Shown piece after piece: positions 7,617 through 15,391 of a DNA stretch of 32,000 bases. Position 1 is the first letter of the stretch, and each line of letters opens with the position of its first letter. Location of the stretch: contig NC_003551.1 in NCBI RefSeq assembly GCF_000007185.1, positions 1,662,970-1,694,969 of the forward strand, in the 5' to 3' direction. The notes under the pieces are model-generated. The model saw nothing but the letters and a program-made list of their open reading frames with translations. It did no database searches and had not been told where the DNA came from. The translations under genes were made by a program, and so were the position numbers. This DNA comes from Methanopyrus kandleri AV19. Lineage in GTDB: Archaea > JAADCQ01 > Methanopyri > Methanopyrales > Methanopyraceae.

Positions 7617-7637
7617 CTACGACGAGGGGGACACCCG

Positions 7638-7907
7638 TTGACCGAACTACAGGTCGGAGACTACGCCCGATACGTGCGGACCGGAACGGTAGGCAAGGTG
7701 GTCGACGTTAAGGAGCGTGAGGATGGTCGATGGATCCAGCTCGACTCAACAGGACTGTATTATCACGAAGACTACGTCGAGAAGGTGGAGAAGAAAGAGT
7801 CAAAGGAGAAGGAAGAGACCGACATTGAAGAAGTCGTTGAGAGGATTAGGGAGCTCAAGGAGGCGTTCGAACACGTCGACGAGCGGGTGTGCGAGGGAGG
7901 CGGTTAA
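7638..7907 (+). CDS. Small conserved archaeal protein (DUF2098-like, recalled from memory)
   Basis: 89 aa from TTG 7638, preceded by GAGGGGGA. It reads (L)TELQVGDYARYVRTGTVGKVVDVKEREDGRWIQLDSTGLYYHEDYVEKV followed by an acidic/Lys tail. The track's 7422 start is rejected because it reads through the tRNA gene. Confidence 0.45.
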   Translation: MTELQVGDYARYVRTGTVGKVVDVKEREDGRWIQLDSTGLYYHEDYVEKVEKKESKEKEETDIEEVVERIRELKEAFEHVDERVCEGGG

Positions 7908-8147
7908 TCACCTTCTGGGTCGGATCTTCGACTCGTCCACTAAAACGTACTTGCCCACCGCCAGCACGGAGCTCCACGGAACCTCCACAACGTCGGCCTT
8001 CACCTGCTGAGCGTATTCTTTCGACGGTTGCACCAGCAACGCTTTGATGCATTTATCTTTCCAGGCCAATTCCACCTCCATGACGGTACCCAAGTCGTGG
8101 CCGCGGTTTGTGATCACGTGTCGCTGCAGCAGTTCCGAAACCCTCAT
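7908..8147 (-). CDS. PRC-barrel domain protein
   Basis: MRVSELLQRHVITNRGHDLGTVMEVELAWKDKCIKALLVQPSKEYAQQVKADVVEVPWSSVLAVGKYVLVD fits the ~80-aa archaeal PRC-barrel pattern. ATG 8147 overlaps the cobY stop as ATGA, whereas the track's 8234 start would overlap cobY by 91 nt. Confidence 0.6.
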   Translation of the reverse strand: MRVSELLQRHVITNRGHDLGTVMEVELAWKDKCIKALLVQPSKEYAQQVKADVVEVPWSSVLAVGKYVLVDESKIRPRR

Positions 8148-8815
8148 CTCGTTTTTAGCGCCTGAAGCCCCTGGGCCCGCTCCTCTCTCGGGCAACTCCG
8201 AAGCACCCCTTCCACCTTCCGGAGATCGTGCCACGTGTTAACGTTGTAAGCCAACCGTGGCTCGTCCAGCAGGAGTTTGAACTCATCGGTTTTCCGCAGA
8301 CCCCCTACTACGTTTAATCCTACGACCACCGCCCGGACGTTTCCCACAGTTGACTCGAATCTCCGCCATAGGCTCAGTCCGGCCTTCACGATCAAGCTTC
8401 GGGGAACCCAGACGGAGAGCGAAGGCTCCGGGACGGCCGCCCATGCGGCGATAACCAGGCCCACGATGTCTGGGGTCAGACACGGCAAATCCGCGGTAAC
8501 AGTTAGTGCCGGCGTCCCTACGCTCTCTAGCGCGAACCTCAGGTCGTGGACGTACCCGTCTCCCGGGGTGACGACGACCTCCGCTCCCAACCGCTCTGCG
8601 ATGGACCGGGTAACCCCCGCGTCCCGCGATACCGCCACGGTGATCCTATCCACGCAACAGCAATCCTGAAGTGCCTCGAGCACCCACACGAGCAGCGGTT
8701 TACCCGCCACTTCTACGGCCGGCTTCTCCACCCCACCCATGCGCTTCGCCCGACCACCGGCCATCACCAGGGCAGGGAGCTTAGGCAAACGGCGCTCAGG
8801 ACCCGTGACACCCAT
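8144..8815 (-). CDS. cobY: Adenosylcobinamide-phosphate guanylyltransferase (archaeal CobY-type nucleotidyltransferase)
   Basis: LVMAGGRAKRMGGVEKPAVEVAGKPLLVWVLEAL is the MobA/CobY-like NTP-transferase N-terminal motif, and the gene is embedded between cobS and cbiS. The start is uncertain: 8815 overlaps cobS by 52 nt, and ATG 8764 gives a TGATG junction but removes the first strand. Confidence 0.7.
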   Translation of the reverse strand: MGVTGPERRLPKLPALVMAGGRAKRMGGVEKPAVEVAGKPLLVWVLEALQDCCCVDRITVAVSRDAGVTRSIAERLGAEVVVTPGDGYVHDLRFALESVGTPALTVTADLPCLTPDIVGLVIAAWAAVPEPSLSVWVPRSLIVKAGLSLWRRFESTVGNVRAVVVGLNVVGGLRKTDEFKLLLDEPRLAYNVNTWHDLRKVEGVLRSCPREERAQGLQALKTR

Positions 8816-9489
8816 ATTGACGCACCCAGGAAGTCACCGTTCACGCCCCTTATGGTACGGCGTGCCGCCTCCAGGCAGGTCCAAGCGACCACCGCCGAGC
8901 AGACCGCACATGTTAGGGTGGCTACGGGTGAAAACGGCAATGACACGACCGTTGATAGGATTCCTCCCAGCAATACCTGATCGGCGTCCACGTACTCCGT
9001 GAACACCCTACCGGAGTAGCTGGCGGGCGCGGGCTCACCCACCGCCGCCATAGGGAGTACGGTGAAACGTGAGAACACCTCGATGGGTACCAGCACCTCG
9101 AAGGGTATCCACCCGAACGACGCGACCGCTAGGAGGAGTGCCATAGACCCAATCGCTAAGCCCCCCACTCCTACCCTCGGATCACGCATAGCCTTCGTGG
9201 CACCTTCTTCGGAGATCACGCCCGCCATCAGCGCGTCGCCCACATCTACGAGGCCATCGAAGTGCTGTGCCCCCTCGAGTACGAGCAGCGTCAAAACTAC
9301 CAAGCAACCTCTAACCGGTGTTCCGGCGAAGGCCCACGCCACGACCCCCGCCAGCAACCCGCTGACTAGTCCGACCGCTGGAAGCCCTAACCATGCCTGC
9401 TCGCCGATCTCACGCGGACTCTTCGGGTGTTCTCCGATCGGAAGGACGGTCAAGAATCTGAAGACTTTCAGGAACTCCACCCGAATCAC
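8764..9489 (-). CDS. cobS: Adenosylcobinamide-GDP ribazoletransferase (cobalamin synthase)
   Basis: 241-aa polytopic membrane protein. The opening FRFLTVLPIG… and the DGLxD motif (HFDGLVDVGDAL) are typical of CobS. GTG start 9489 overlaps the cbiS stop (GTGA). Confidence 0.9.
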   Translation of the reverse strand: MIRVEFLKVFRFLTVLPIGEHPKSPREIGEQAWLGLPAVGLVSGLLAGVVAWAFAGTPVRGCLVVLTLLVLEGAQHFDGLVDVGDALMAGVISEEGATKAMRDPRVGVGGLAIGSMALLLAVASFGWIPFEVLVPIEVFSRFTVLPMAAVGEPAPASYSGRVFTEYVDADQVLLGGILSTVVSLPFSPVATLTCAVCSAVVAWTCLEAARRTIRGVNGDFLGASIWVSRVLSAVCLSSLPW

Positions 9490-10559
9490 CCCCTGCGGAA
9501 CGCGGCGGTCATGGCACCGGCAACGAGACCTGCAAGGACGTCATCCAGCATAACCCATCTCTCATCGACTTCCTTCAGGATTCCGGGCTTCTCCTCGTCG
9601 TACCGTTTGAAATTGAACAGCGCCCCGTAACCCCCTAACTCCATAGCCACAAACTGGCCTAGGACCTCATCGAAGTACACCCAACCCGGGTCCTCCCGTA
9701 GTTCACCGCACTCCTCCGGATAAGTGCCTAATCGCACGAATCTGTCGATGAGTAACGCCGTGAACACTGCCAAGGCCACGTTAGGGTTCTCCAGACCCCG
9801 CTCGAGCTCCTCTAGGACCCTAGAAGCGTGCTCCTCCTTCCACTCACCTACGAACAACTCTCGACCGGCCTCGACGAGGTCGTTCAGTTCGATCCCCTCC
9901 TCTTCGAGGATCGTTTTTATCGAGCGTGTTGGGGAATACCCTGCGCGCTCTCCCGCAGTGACCACGGCTTCCTCGACCGCGCTCATCAAGCGCCGACCGA
10001 GCTCCGTGGCGGGTCCACAGAAAGAGTCCAGTTCATCCCCCTGTGGACACAACACGGCGACGGAGTCCGTAGTCGTCCCTAAGCAAGGTCCTTCATTACC
10101 CAGGACTATACGCAGGACCCCATGGCATTTCGCCTCCACGGCCCACGTCAGGGCCTCGACCAGGGAGCGTGTGGTCAGGGGTCGCCCTACCACGGCGATC
10201 ACGTTCACGGTCCCGGGTCCTCCTAAGTCGTGCTCTTTAGTCTTAGAGCAGTAGGCGTTACCGAACCCGGCGGTCGCAACGGCGAAGACGTCACCCTTTT
10301 GAACTATAGCGGCCTGCTCGACGTCGGCGGCCGTCAGGAACGCCAGCGTGTCCTCGGGCTCGAGTCCCAGTTCGTGGAGTCTCTCCTCGACGTAGCCCCA
10401 AGGATCATCGTGCGACCATCCCTTCTCGACCCGGATGTTGGCCACCCACCTCACCTCGCCCACACCGTCCGAGTAGAATGCGCTCGAAACGTATTTCACG
10501 GGGTTCTCGAACTCAAGCACCACCGCCCGCTCGTCCTTGATCACGTGAAAGAACTCCAC
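9486..10559 (-). CDS. cbiS: Bifunctional adenosylcobinamide amidohydrolase / alpha-ribazole-phosphate phosphatase (CbiZ-CobZ fusion, CbiS)
   Basis: The N-terminal ~210 aa are CbiZ-like (…[23 protein letters not shown]…[10 protein letters not shown]…GTTTDSVAV). The C-terminal ~150 aa are PgpA/CobZ-like (…[10 protein letters not shown]…[19 protein letters not shown]…[15 protein letters not shown]). The stop is certain but the start is not. Candidates are GTG 10559 (SD GGGGGAG 5 nt upstream, no overlap with atpB), GTG 10565, ATG 10628 and the track's 10712. Confidence 0.8.
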   Translation of the reverse strand: MEFFHVIKDERAVVLEFENPVKYVSSAFYSDGVGEVRWVANIRVEKGWSHDDPWGYVEERLHELGLEPEDTLAFLTAADVEQAAIVQKGDVFAVATAGFGNAYCSKTKEHDLGGPGTVNVIAVVGRPLTTRSLVEALTWAVEAKCHGVLRIVLGNEGPCLGTTTDSVAVLCPQGDELDSFCGPATELGRRLMSAVEEAVVTAGERAGYSPTRSIKTILEEEGIELNDLVEAGRELFVGEWKEEHASRVLEELERGLENPNVALAVFTALLIDRFVRLGTYPEECGELREDPGWVYFDEVLGQFVAMELGGYGALFNFKRYDEEKPGILKEVDERWVMLDDVLAGLVAGAMTAAFRRG

Positions 10560-10562
10560 AAA

Positions 10563-10579
10563 CACTCCCCCAGGGAGTG
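10563..10579. repeat. Inverted repeat CACTCCC-CCA-GGGAGTG between the head-to-head cbiS and atpB starts (SD-like on both strands)
   Basis: Read directly. GGGAGTG lies 5 nt before atpB GTG 10585 on the + strand. The same heptamer on the minus strand lies 3 nt before GTG 10559. Confidence 0.6.
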
Positions 10580-10584
10580 GTACC

Positions 10585-13557
10585 GTGGCCGAGGCCGAGA
10601 GGCCGGCCGGTAAGGAGTACACAACCATATCTGAAGTCTCCGGACCACTGATGGTAGTCGAGGGCGTCGAAGGTGCGAAGTACGGTGAAGTAGTCGAAGT
10701 GGAGACACCCACCGGCGAAGTCCGACGAGGTCAAGTTCTGGAAGCCCGTAGGGACGCCGCCGTCGTGCAAGTCTTCGAAGGTACCTCGGGTCTCGACACC
10801 ACCTCGACGAAGGTCAGGTTCACGGGAGAGACGCTGAGGATCCCCGTGTCGACCGACCTGCTGGGACGCATCCTGAACGGCCGTGGTGAACCCATTGACG
10901 GCGGTCCCGAGATAGTACCGGAGGACGAGCTCGACATCCACGGGGCCCCGATCAACCCGGCCGCCAGGAAGTACCCGAGCGACTTCATCCAGACCGGTAT
11001 CTCCGCGATCGACGGTATGAACACCCTGGTACGTGGTCAGAAGCTCCCGATCTTCTCCGGTTCCGGTCTTCCGCACAACGAGTTAGCGGCTCAGATCGCA
11101 CGCCAGGCGACCGTCCCAGGTGAAGAGGAGGAGTTCGCCGTAGTGTTCGCGGCCATGGGTATCACGCACGAGGAAGCCGCGTTCTTCAGGCGAGAGTTCG
11201 AGGAGACCGGCGCCCTGGACCGTGCCGTGCTCATCCTTAACCTCGCCGACGACCCGTCGATGGAGCGAATCATCACCCCGCGCATCGCACTGACGGTAGC
11301 CGAATACCTGGCCTTCGAGAACGACATGCACGTCCTGGTGATCCTGACGGACATGACGAACTACTGCTTCGCTCCTGGTACCAGGGTGATCACCGCGTCC
11401 GGCGACGTCGTCGAGATCGACGAGATCGTCGAGAGGGCCGCCGAAACCGCCGTCGACGGTGGTCTGAGGGAAGGATCGACGGAGGTCACCGTCGGAGTGA
11501 CCAACGTCAGGACACTGGCGGCATGGGACGGCGACCTAACCTCCAACGACGTGGTGGCCGTGGAAAAAATCGAGGCCCCGAGCCGCGCTGTCCGGGTGAG
11601 AACGAGGAGCGGCGCCGAGCTGGTGGTGTCCGAGGACCACAAGTTCCTAGTGGACACGGAGGATGGCCCCAGAATGGTCGAGGCGTCCGAGCTGAAGTCC
11701 GGCGACGAACTGTACTCCGTGAGGGAACTCCGAGTCAGTGAGAAGGTTCCGACGTACCTGGAACTGCTCCTGGAGGCGGAGGACAAGTTCTACGTGCACC
11801 CAACCGAGGAGTTCGAGGAGGCCGTGGCCGAGCGGTACGGGAGCCTGGCCGAAGCGTGCCGGGAGAAGGAGCTCCCCTACAGGGCCAGGGAGGCCAAGGA
11901 GCGGAGGTACTACGAGCTGTCCGAGTTCGCCAGACTGGCGACGGCTGTGATCGAGAGCGTCGATGAGGCTACGGAGTACATCGACTACGTGACCGCCGGA
12001 GGTAGGAAGAGGGTGAAGTTCTCGTCACCGAGGCCCGGGAAGGAGGTAATGTACGTCGCCGGCCTGATAGCGTCGGACGGGAGCGTGGACACCGAGCGAG
12101 GGTTCGTGATGTTCTCGAACACGGAGAGGGAGCTGCTGTCAGCGTTCGAGGAGATCGTGACGGAGGAATTCGGCGTCGATGCCTCCAAGACGGAGAACCA
12201 GAACGGCGTGACGATGCTCCGGGTCAACAGCCGCGTACTTGCCCGGGTGTTCGAGAGACTCGCGGACCCGAAGACGGTCCTGAAGATGCCCCGGGAGCTC
12301 GTCGCCGCTTACCTGGCCGGCTACGTGGACGGCGACGGTCACCTGAAGGACGGCAAGATCGTGATCACCACGGCCGACAGGGAGCGGGCCGGGGACCTAC
12401 AGCTCCTGCTGAAGAGGCTCGGAGTACCGAGCGTGCTGCGTGAGAGGGACGGTGCCTACGACGTCGTCGTAACCGGTCACGACGCCGCGGAGCTGGCCGA
12501 GGAGCTGCCGCTGAGGCACCCGAAGAAGGCGGAAGCCGCGGCGTCGATGTCGTCCGGGCGGAGGTCGTCCAGGTTCGACAGGGTGTCGCGCAGGTTCGGC
12601 AGGCTGCTCCGGGAGGTTAGGAGGAAGTACGGCGTTAGGGCCTCGGACCTGGGGTCGTCCAGCACGATCTCGCAGATCGAGAGCGGTGAGAGGCGCGCGA
12701 CCCGGCGCCTGGCGCTGGAGATCGTGGAGAGGCTCGAGGAGGTCGTCGGCGACGTTGAGGAGGTCCGCGAGCTGCGGGAGCTCGCTGAGGGTAACTACGT
12801 GCTGGACGAGGTAGTCGAGGTGGAGACCGTGGAGTACGAGCACGAGTACCTGTACGACGTGACCGTGGTGCCCGATCACACCCTGGTGGTGGAGAACGGC
12901 ATCATCACGTCGAACTGCGAGGCCCTACGAGAGATATCCGCGGCCCGTGAGGAGGTCCCGGGCCGGCGCGGCTACCCGGGATACATGTACACGGACCTCG
13001 CGACCATCTACGAGAGAGCCGGATGCATCCGCGGTCGGAAGGGTTCGATCACCCAGATGCCGATCCTCACCATGCCTCACGACGACATCACGCACCCGAT
13101 TCCGGACCTAACGGGATACATTACCGAGGGTCAGATAGTGCTAAGCCGAGACCTACACCGGCGCGGTATCTACCCACCGATCGACGTGCTACCCTCGCTG
13201 TCACGGCTTATGGACGAGGGTATCGGTAAGGGTAAGACGCGCGAGGACCACCCGGATCTCTCCAACCAGCTGTACGCGGCGTACGCCGAGGGTCGCGACC
13301 TGCGCGACCTAGTAGCGGTAGTAGGCGAAGAGGCGCTGACGGAGCGGGACCGCAAGTTCCTGAAGTTCGCGGACGAGTTCGAGCAGCGGTTCGTGAAGCA
13401 GGGCCGCGACGAGAACCGGAGCATCGAAGAGACCCTCGACCTGGGATGGGAGCTACTGGCGATTCTACCGGAGCGTGAGCTCAAGAGGGTCAGCGATGAG
13501 CTGATCGAGAAGTACCACCCGAAGTACAGGCAGAAGAAGGAGGAACAGGAAGAGTAA
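10585..13557 (+). CDS. atpB: A1AO (V-type) ATP synthase subunit B, interrupted by an intein
   Basis: The exteins (~473 aa together) read [30 protein letters not shown] … [19 protein letters not shown] … [12 protein letters not shown] | [36 protein letters not shown] … [27 protein letters not shown]. This is canonical A-ATPase B. Confidence 0.95.
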   Translation: MAEAERPAGKEYTTISEVSGPLMVVEGVEGAKYGEVVEVETPTGEVRRGQVLEARRDAAVVQVFEGTSGLDTTSTKVRFTGETLRIPVSTDLLGRILNGRGEPIDGGPEIVPEDELDIHGAPINPAARKYPSDFIQTGISAIDGMNTLVRGQKLPIFSGSGLPHNELAAQIARQATVPGEEEEFAVVFAAMGITHEEAAFFRREFEETGALDRAVLILNLADDPSMERIITPRIALTVAEYLAFENDMHVLVILTDMTNYCFAPGTRVITASGDVVEIDEIVERAAETAVDGGLREGSTEVTVGVTNVRTLAAWDGDLTSNDVVAVEKIEAPSRAVRVRTRSGAELVVSEDHKFLVDTEDGPRMVEASELKSGDELYSVRELRVSEKVPTYLELLLEAEDKFYVHPTEEFEEAVAERYGSLAEACREKELPYRAREAKERRYYELSEFARLATAVIESVDEATEYIDYVTAGGRKRVKFSSPRPGKEVMYVAGLIASDGSVDTERGFVMFSNTERELLSAFEEIVTEEFGVDASKTENQNGVTMLRVNSRVLARVFERLADPKTVLKMPRELVAAYLAGYVDGDGHLKDGKIVITTADRERAGDLQLLLKRLGVPSVLRERDGAYDVVVTGHDAAELAEELPLRHPKKAEAAASMSSGRRSSRFDRVSRRFGRLLREVRRKYGVRASDLGSSSTISQIESGERRATRRLALEIVERLEEVVGDVEEVRELRELAEGNYVLDEVVEVETVEYEHEYLYDVTVVPDHTLVVENGIITSNCEALREISAAREEVPGRRGYPGYMYTDLATIYERAGCIRGRKGSITQMPILTMPHDDITHPIPDLTGYITEGQIVLSRDLHRRGIYPPIDVLPSLSRLMDEGIGKGKTREDHPDLSNQLYAAYAEGRDLRDLVAVVGEEALTERDRKFLKFADEFEQRFVKQGRDENRSIEETLDLGWELLAILPERELKRVSDELIEKYHPKYRQKKEEQEE
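11365..12915 (+). mobile_element. Intein (517 codons) with LAGLIDADG homing-endonuclease domain and an XRE-like HTH segment, inside atpB
   Basis: Starts at Cys (TGC 11365) with [13 protein letters not shown]. Block B is [10 protein letters not shown]. The LAGLIDADG motifs are [11 protein letters not shown] and [11 protein letters not shown]. It ends …[14 protein letters not shown] (AAC 12913-12915), followed by the extein Cys (TGC 12916). Confidence 0.9.
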
Positions 13558-13608
13558 GGCTCCCTCCGGCCCCATCTCCACTCAAACCTATCTAGGTGGG
13601 GGATACCC

Positions 13609-14307
13609 GTGACCCAGGAGATCCTAGAGGACGTCAACCCTACTAGGATGGAATTACTGAAACTCCAGGACAGAATCGAACTTGCGAAGAAGGGTCACAA
13701 GCTGCTCAAGGAGAAGCGAGACGCCCTCATCATGGAGTTCTTCGAGATGGTGAAGCGCGCCTCCGAGATCAGGGAGCAGGCCGTCAAGAAGTTGATGGAG
13801 GCGTACAGCAAGCTGGCAGCGGCCAAGGTGACCGTCGGTGAGATCGGAGTGGAGCGCGCCTCCATGGCCACCGGCGAGGAGATCAAGGTGGACGTGGGAT
13901 CGAGGAACGTGATGGGTGTAGTCGTACCGATCATCGAGCGCGTGAGCGAAGATGGCGGTTCAAAGGTCGTCTATGGCTTCGCCGACACGTCCGGCGCACT
14001 CGATGAGGCGATGCGAGCCTTCACGGAGGCTATCGACGCCGTGCTGGAGCTGGCCGAGATCGAGGAAACCCTCCGTCTCATGGCCGAGGAGATCGAACGT
14101 ACTAAGCGCAGGGTGAACGCGTTGGAGCATATAGTCATCCCGCGCCTCGAGAACACCGAGAAGTACATTGAGATGAAACTCGACGAGCAGGAGAGGGAGA
14201 ACTTCGTACGGCTGAAGCGCGTGAAGGATCTAATCGAACGGAAGAAGTTGAAAGAAGAACTCGAGCGGGTCGTCGAAGAAGGGGCCGAACTCCCATCCTT
14301 CGAGTGA
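13609..14307 (+). CDS. atpD: A1AO (V-type) ATP synthase subunit D
   Basis: 232 aa with a GTG start after GGTGGGGGAT. NPTRMELLKLQDRIELAKKGHKLLKEKRDALIMEF… and …RRVNALEHIVIPRLENT are hallmark subunit D sequences. Confidence 0.9.
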   Translation: MTQEILEDVNPTRMELLKLQDRIELAKKGHKLLKEKRDALIMEFFEMVKRASEIREQAVKKLMEAYSKLAAAKVTVGEIGVERASMATGEEIKVDVGSRNVMGVVVPIIERVSEDGGSKVVYGFADTSGALDEAMRAFTEAIDAVLELAEIEETLRLMAEEIERTKRRVNALEHIVIPRLENTEKYIEMKLDEQERENFVRLKRVKDLIERKKLKEELERVVEEGAELPSFE

Positions 14308-14325
14308 GGCGCGGGTGAGTAGAGC

Positions 14326-14706
14326 ATGGTCTTCGTTAGCGTCGCCAAGAGGAAGGTCACTGAGCGTGTCCGCCGGCGCCGCGAGCCCTACGACTTCAAA
14401 ACCGACATGTTCGAGGGACGGTTCGAGCCACTGATAGCGGCCGAGGATGTGACCGTCGAGGAAGGCGAAGACGTCATCATTAAGGTCGAACCCATTGAAA
14501 TCCCTCCCCACACAATGGTGCTACTGTCACCGTACGCCCGGAACCCCTACGGTCACGTTCTAGCCGTAGCCGAGGAGTTTCCCAAAATGATGGAACTGGG
14601 CCGGAAGGTGGAGCAAGTATACTTCGCCGCCGTAAGACACGGTCGAATTCGTAAGGGCGACGTGCTGGGAGTGCTCATACTGATCGAGCTGAAAGGTGAA
14701 GAGTGA
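14326..14706 (+). CDS. Hypothetical protein (126 aa), no family recognised
   Basis: ATG ORF 18 nt after atpD on the same strand, with non-repetitive sequence (…IEIPPHTMVLLSPYARNPYGHVLAVAEEF…RHGRIRKGDVLGVLILIELKGEE). Its stop overlaps the next gene's ATG (TGATG). Confidence 0.5.
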   Translation: MVFVSVAKRKVTERVRRRREPYDFKTDMFEGRFEPLIAAEDVTVEEGEDVIIKVEPIEIPPHTMVLLSPYARNPYGHVLAVAEEFPKMMELGRKVEQVYFAAVRHGRIRKGDVLGVLILIELKGEE

Positions 14707-15149
14707 TGCGCGACGAGTCGCGCCTCGACAAGTACGTGATCAAGGAAATACTCCGGATCAACCGGCACCTGCCCCGACGTCGTAAGACCCTCGAAGAGCT
14801 GTTGAGGGAAGAGCGGCCGCACGTGGTTAACCGAGACGGTACCAAGCACTACTTCGACCGGGATGAGCTGGAACGCCTCGCCGACATATTGCCCCGCTAC
14901 CTTCACGGTCGCCTCAAGCTCCCGATACTCATCGAACTTGGGTACTCGGGAGCAGCGGTGATCCGTGGTAAGGCGGAGGTCCGGGTAGTGTGTGAGGTGC
15001 TCGGTGAAGAGTGGCGATTTTCTCAAGATCGAGTGGAGCTGAACATGCTCGACGTTCGAAAGCTCCGCCGCGAATTCCCCACGGCGACCCAGTACATGTT
15101 CAGTACCGAGTACATTATGGGGAGGCCGAAAGTTGAGAGAAGAGGATAA
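14706..15149 (+). CDS. UPF0216/DUF61-family archaeal protein
   Basis: …ILRINRHLPRRRKTLEELLREERPHVVNRDGTKHYFDRDELERLADILPRYLHGRLKLPILIEL…IRGKAEVRVVCEVLG fits my memory of the UPF0216 pattern (INxHLPxxRxTLxxLL…RDGxxHxFxxxEL…LxLPIxIE). Start is ATG 14706, or GTG 14703 as in the track. Confidence 0.6.
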   Translation: MRDESRLDKYVIKEILRINRHLPRRRKTLEELLREERPHVVNRDGTKHYFDRDELERLADILPRYLHGRLKLPILIELGYSGAAVIRGKAEVRVVCEVLGEEWRFSQDRVELNMLDVRKLRREFPTATQYMFSTEYIMGRPKVERRG

Positions 15150-15159
15150 GCGGAGGCTG

Positions 15160-15273
15160 ATGGTGGCTCTCGTTCGAGTTGCCCCTATCGTGGCAACGGT
15201 AACCCTGATCGTGGGTTTTACGGTGTTCGTGATACTAGTGTTGACGGGGCACTCCGGAACCGTAACCCGTTAA
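15160..15273 (+). CDS. Candidate 37-aa single-pass membrane peptide (absent from the ORF track)
   Basis: ATG 15160 is preceded by GGAGG (15152-15156). Translation is MVALVRVAPIVATVTLIVGFTVFVILVLTGHSGTVTR*, with TAA at 15271-15273. It has one ~24-residue hydrophobic helix and lies 10 nt after the UPF0216 stop on the same strand. Confidence 0.35.
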   Translation: MVALVRVAPIVATVTLIVGFTVFVILVLTGHSGTVTR

Positions 15274-15391
15274 ACTCTTTCGAAACTGGAGTCGCCGGAA
15301 GGTCGCCCTACGACACCTAAAACCTAAAGATGACCTCTTCCCTGGAAGCTATTGCCCCTGCATGTACCAAGGTCATATGGGGGAGAACCGT

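Noticed and set aside
7422-7637. N-terminal extension of ORF 7422..7907
   Set aside because: It reads straight through the tRNA-Ser gene (7496-7586) and its promoter. The conserved part of the protein starts at TTG 7638, which is preceded by GAGGGGGA.
7442-7640. tRNA-Ser as an integration site for a genomic island or provirus
   Set aside because: There is no integrase, no phage or plasmid genes, and I saw no second copy of the tRNA 3' end by eye. The flanking genes are housekeeping (prs, cobamide salvage).
8148-8234. N-terminal extension of the PRC-barrel ORF (start 8234)
   Set aside because: The Gly/Ala/Pro/Arg-rich extension overlaps cobY by 91 nt. ATG 8147 forms an ATGA coupling with the cobY stop and starts exactly at the PRC-barrel core.
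10629-10712. Longest-ORF start (10712) for cbiS
   Set aside because: It would put 128 nt of cbiS inside atpB. The extra residues ([28 protein letters not shown]…) are low-complexity antisense translation of conserved AtpB codons. The CbiZ-like domain begins near …[17 protein letters not shown].
15362-15391. Extended histone start MYQGHMGENR-
   Set aside because: HMk begins MAVELPKAA. ATG 15392 has GGGGGAG 6 nt upstream.
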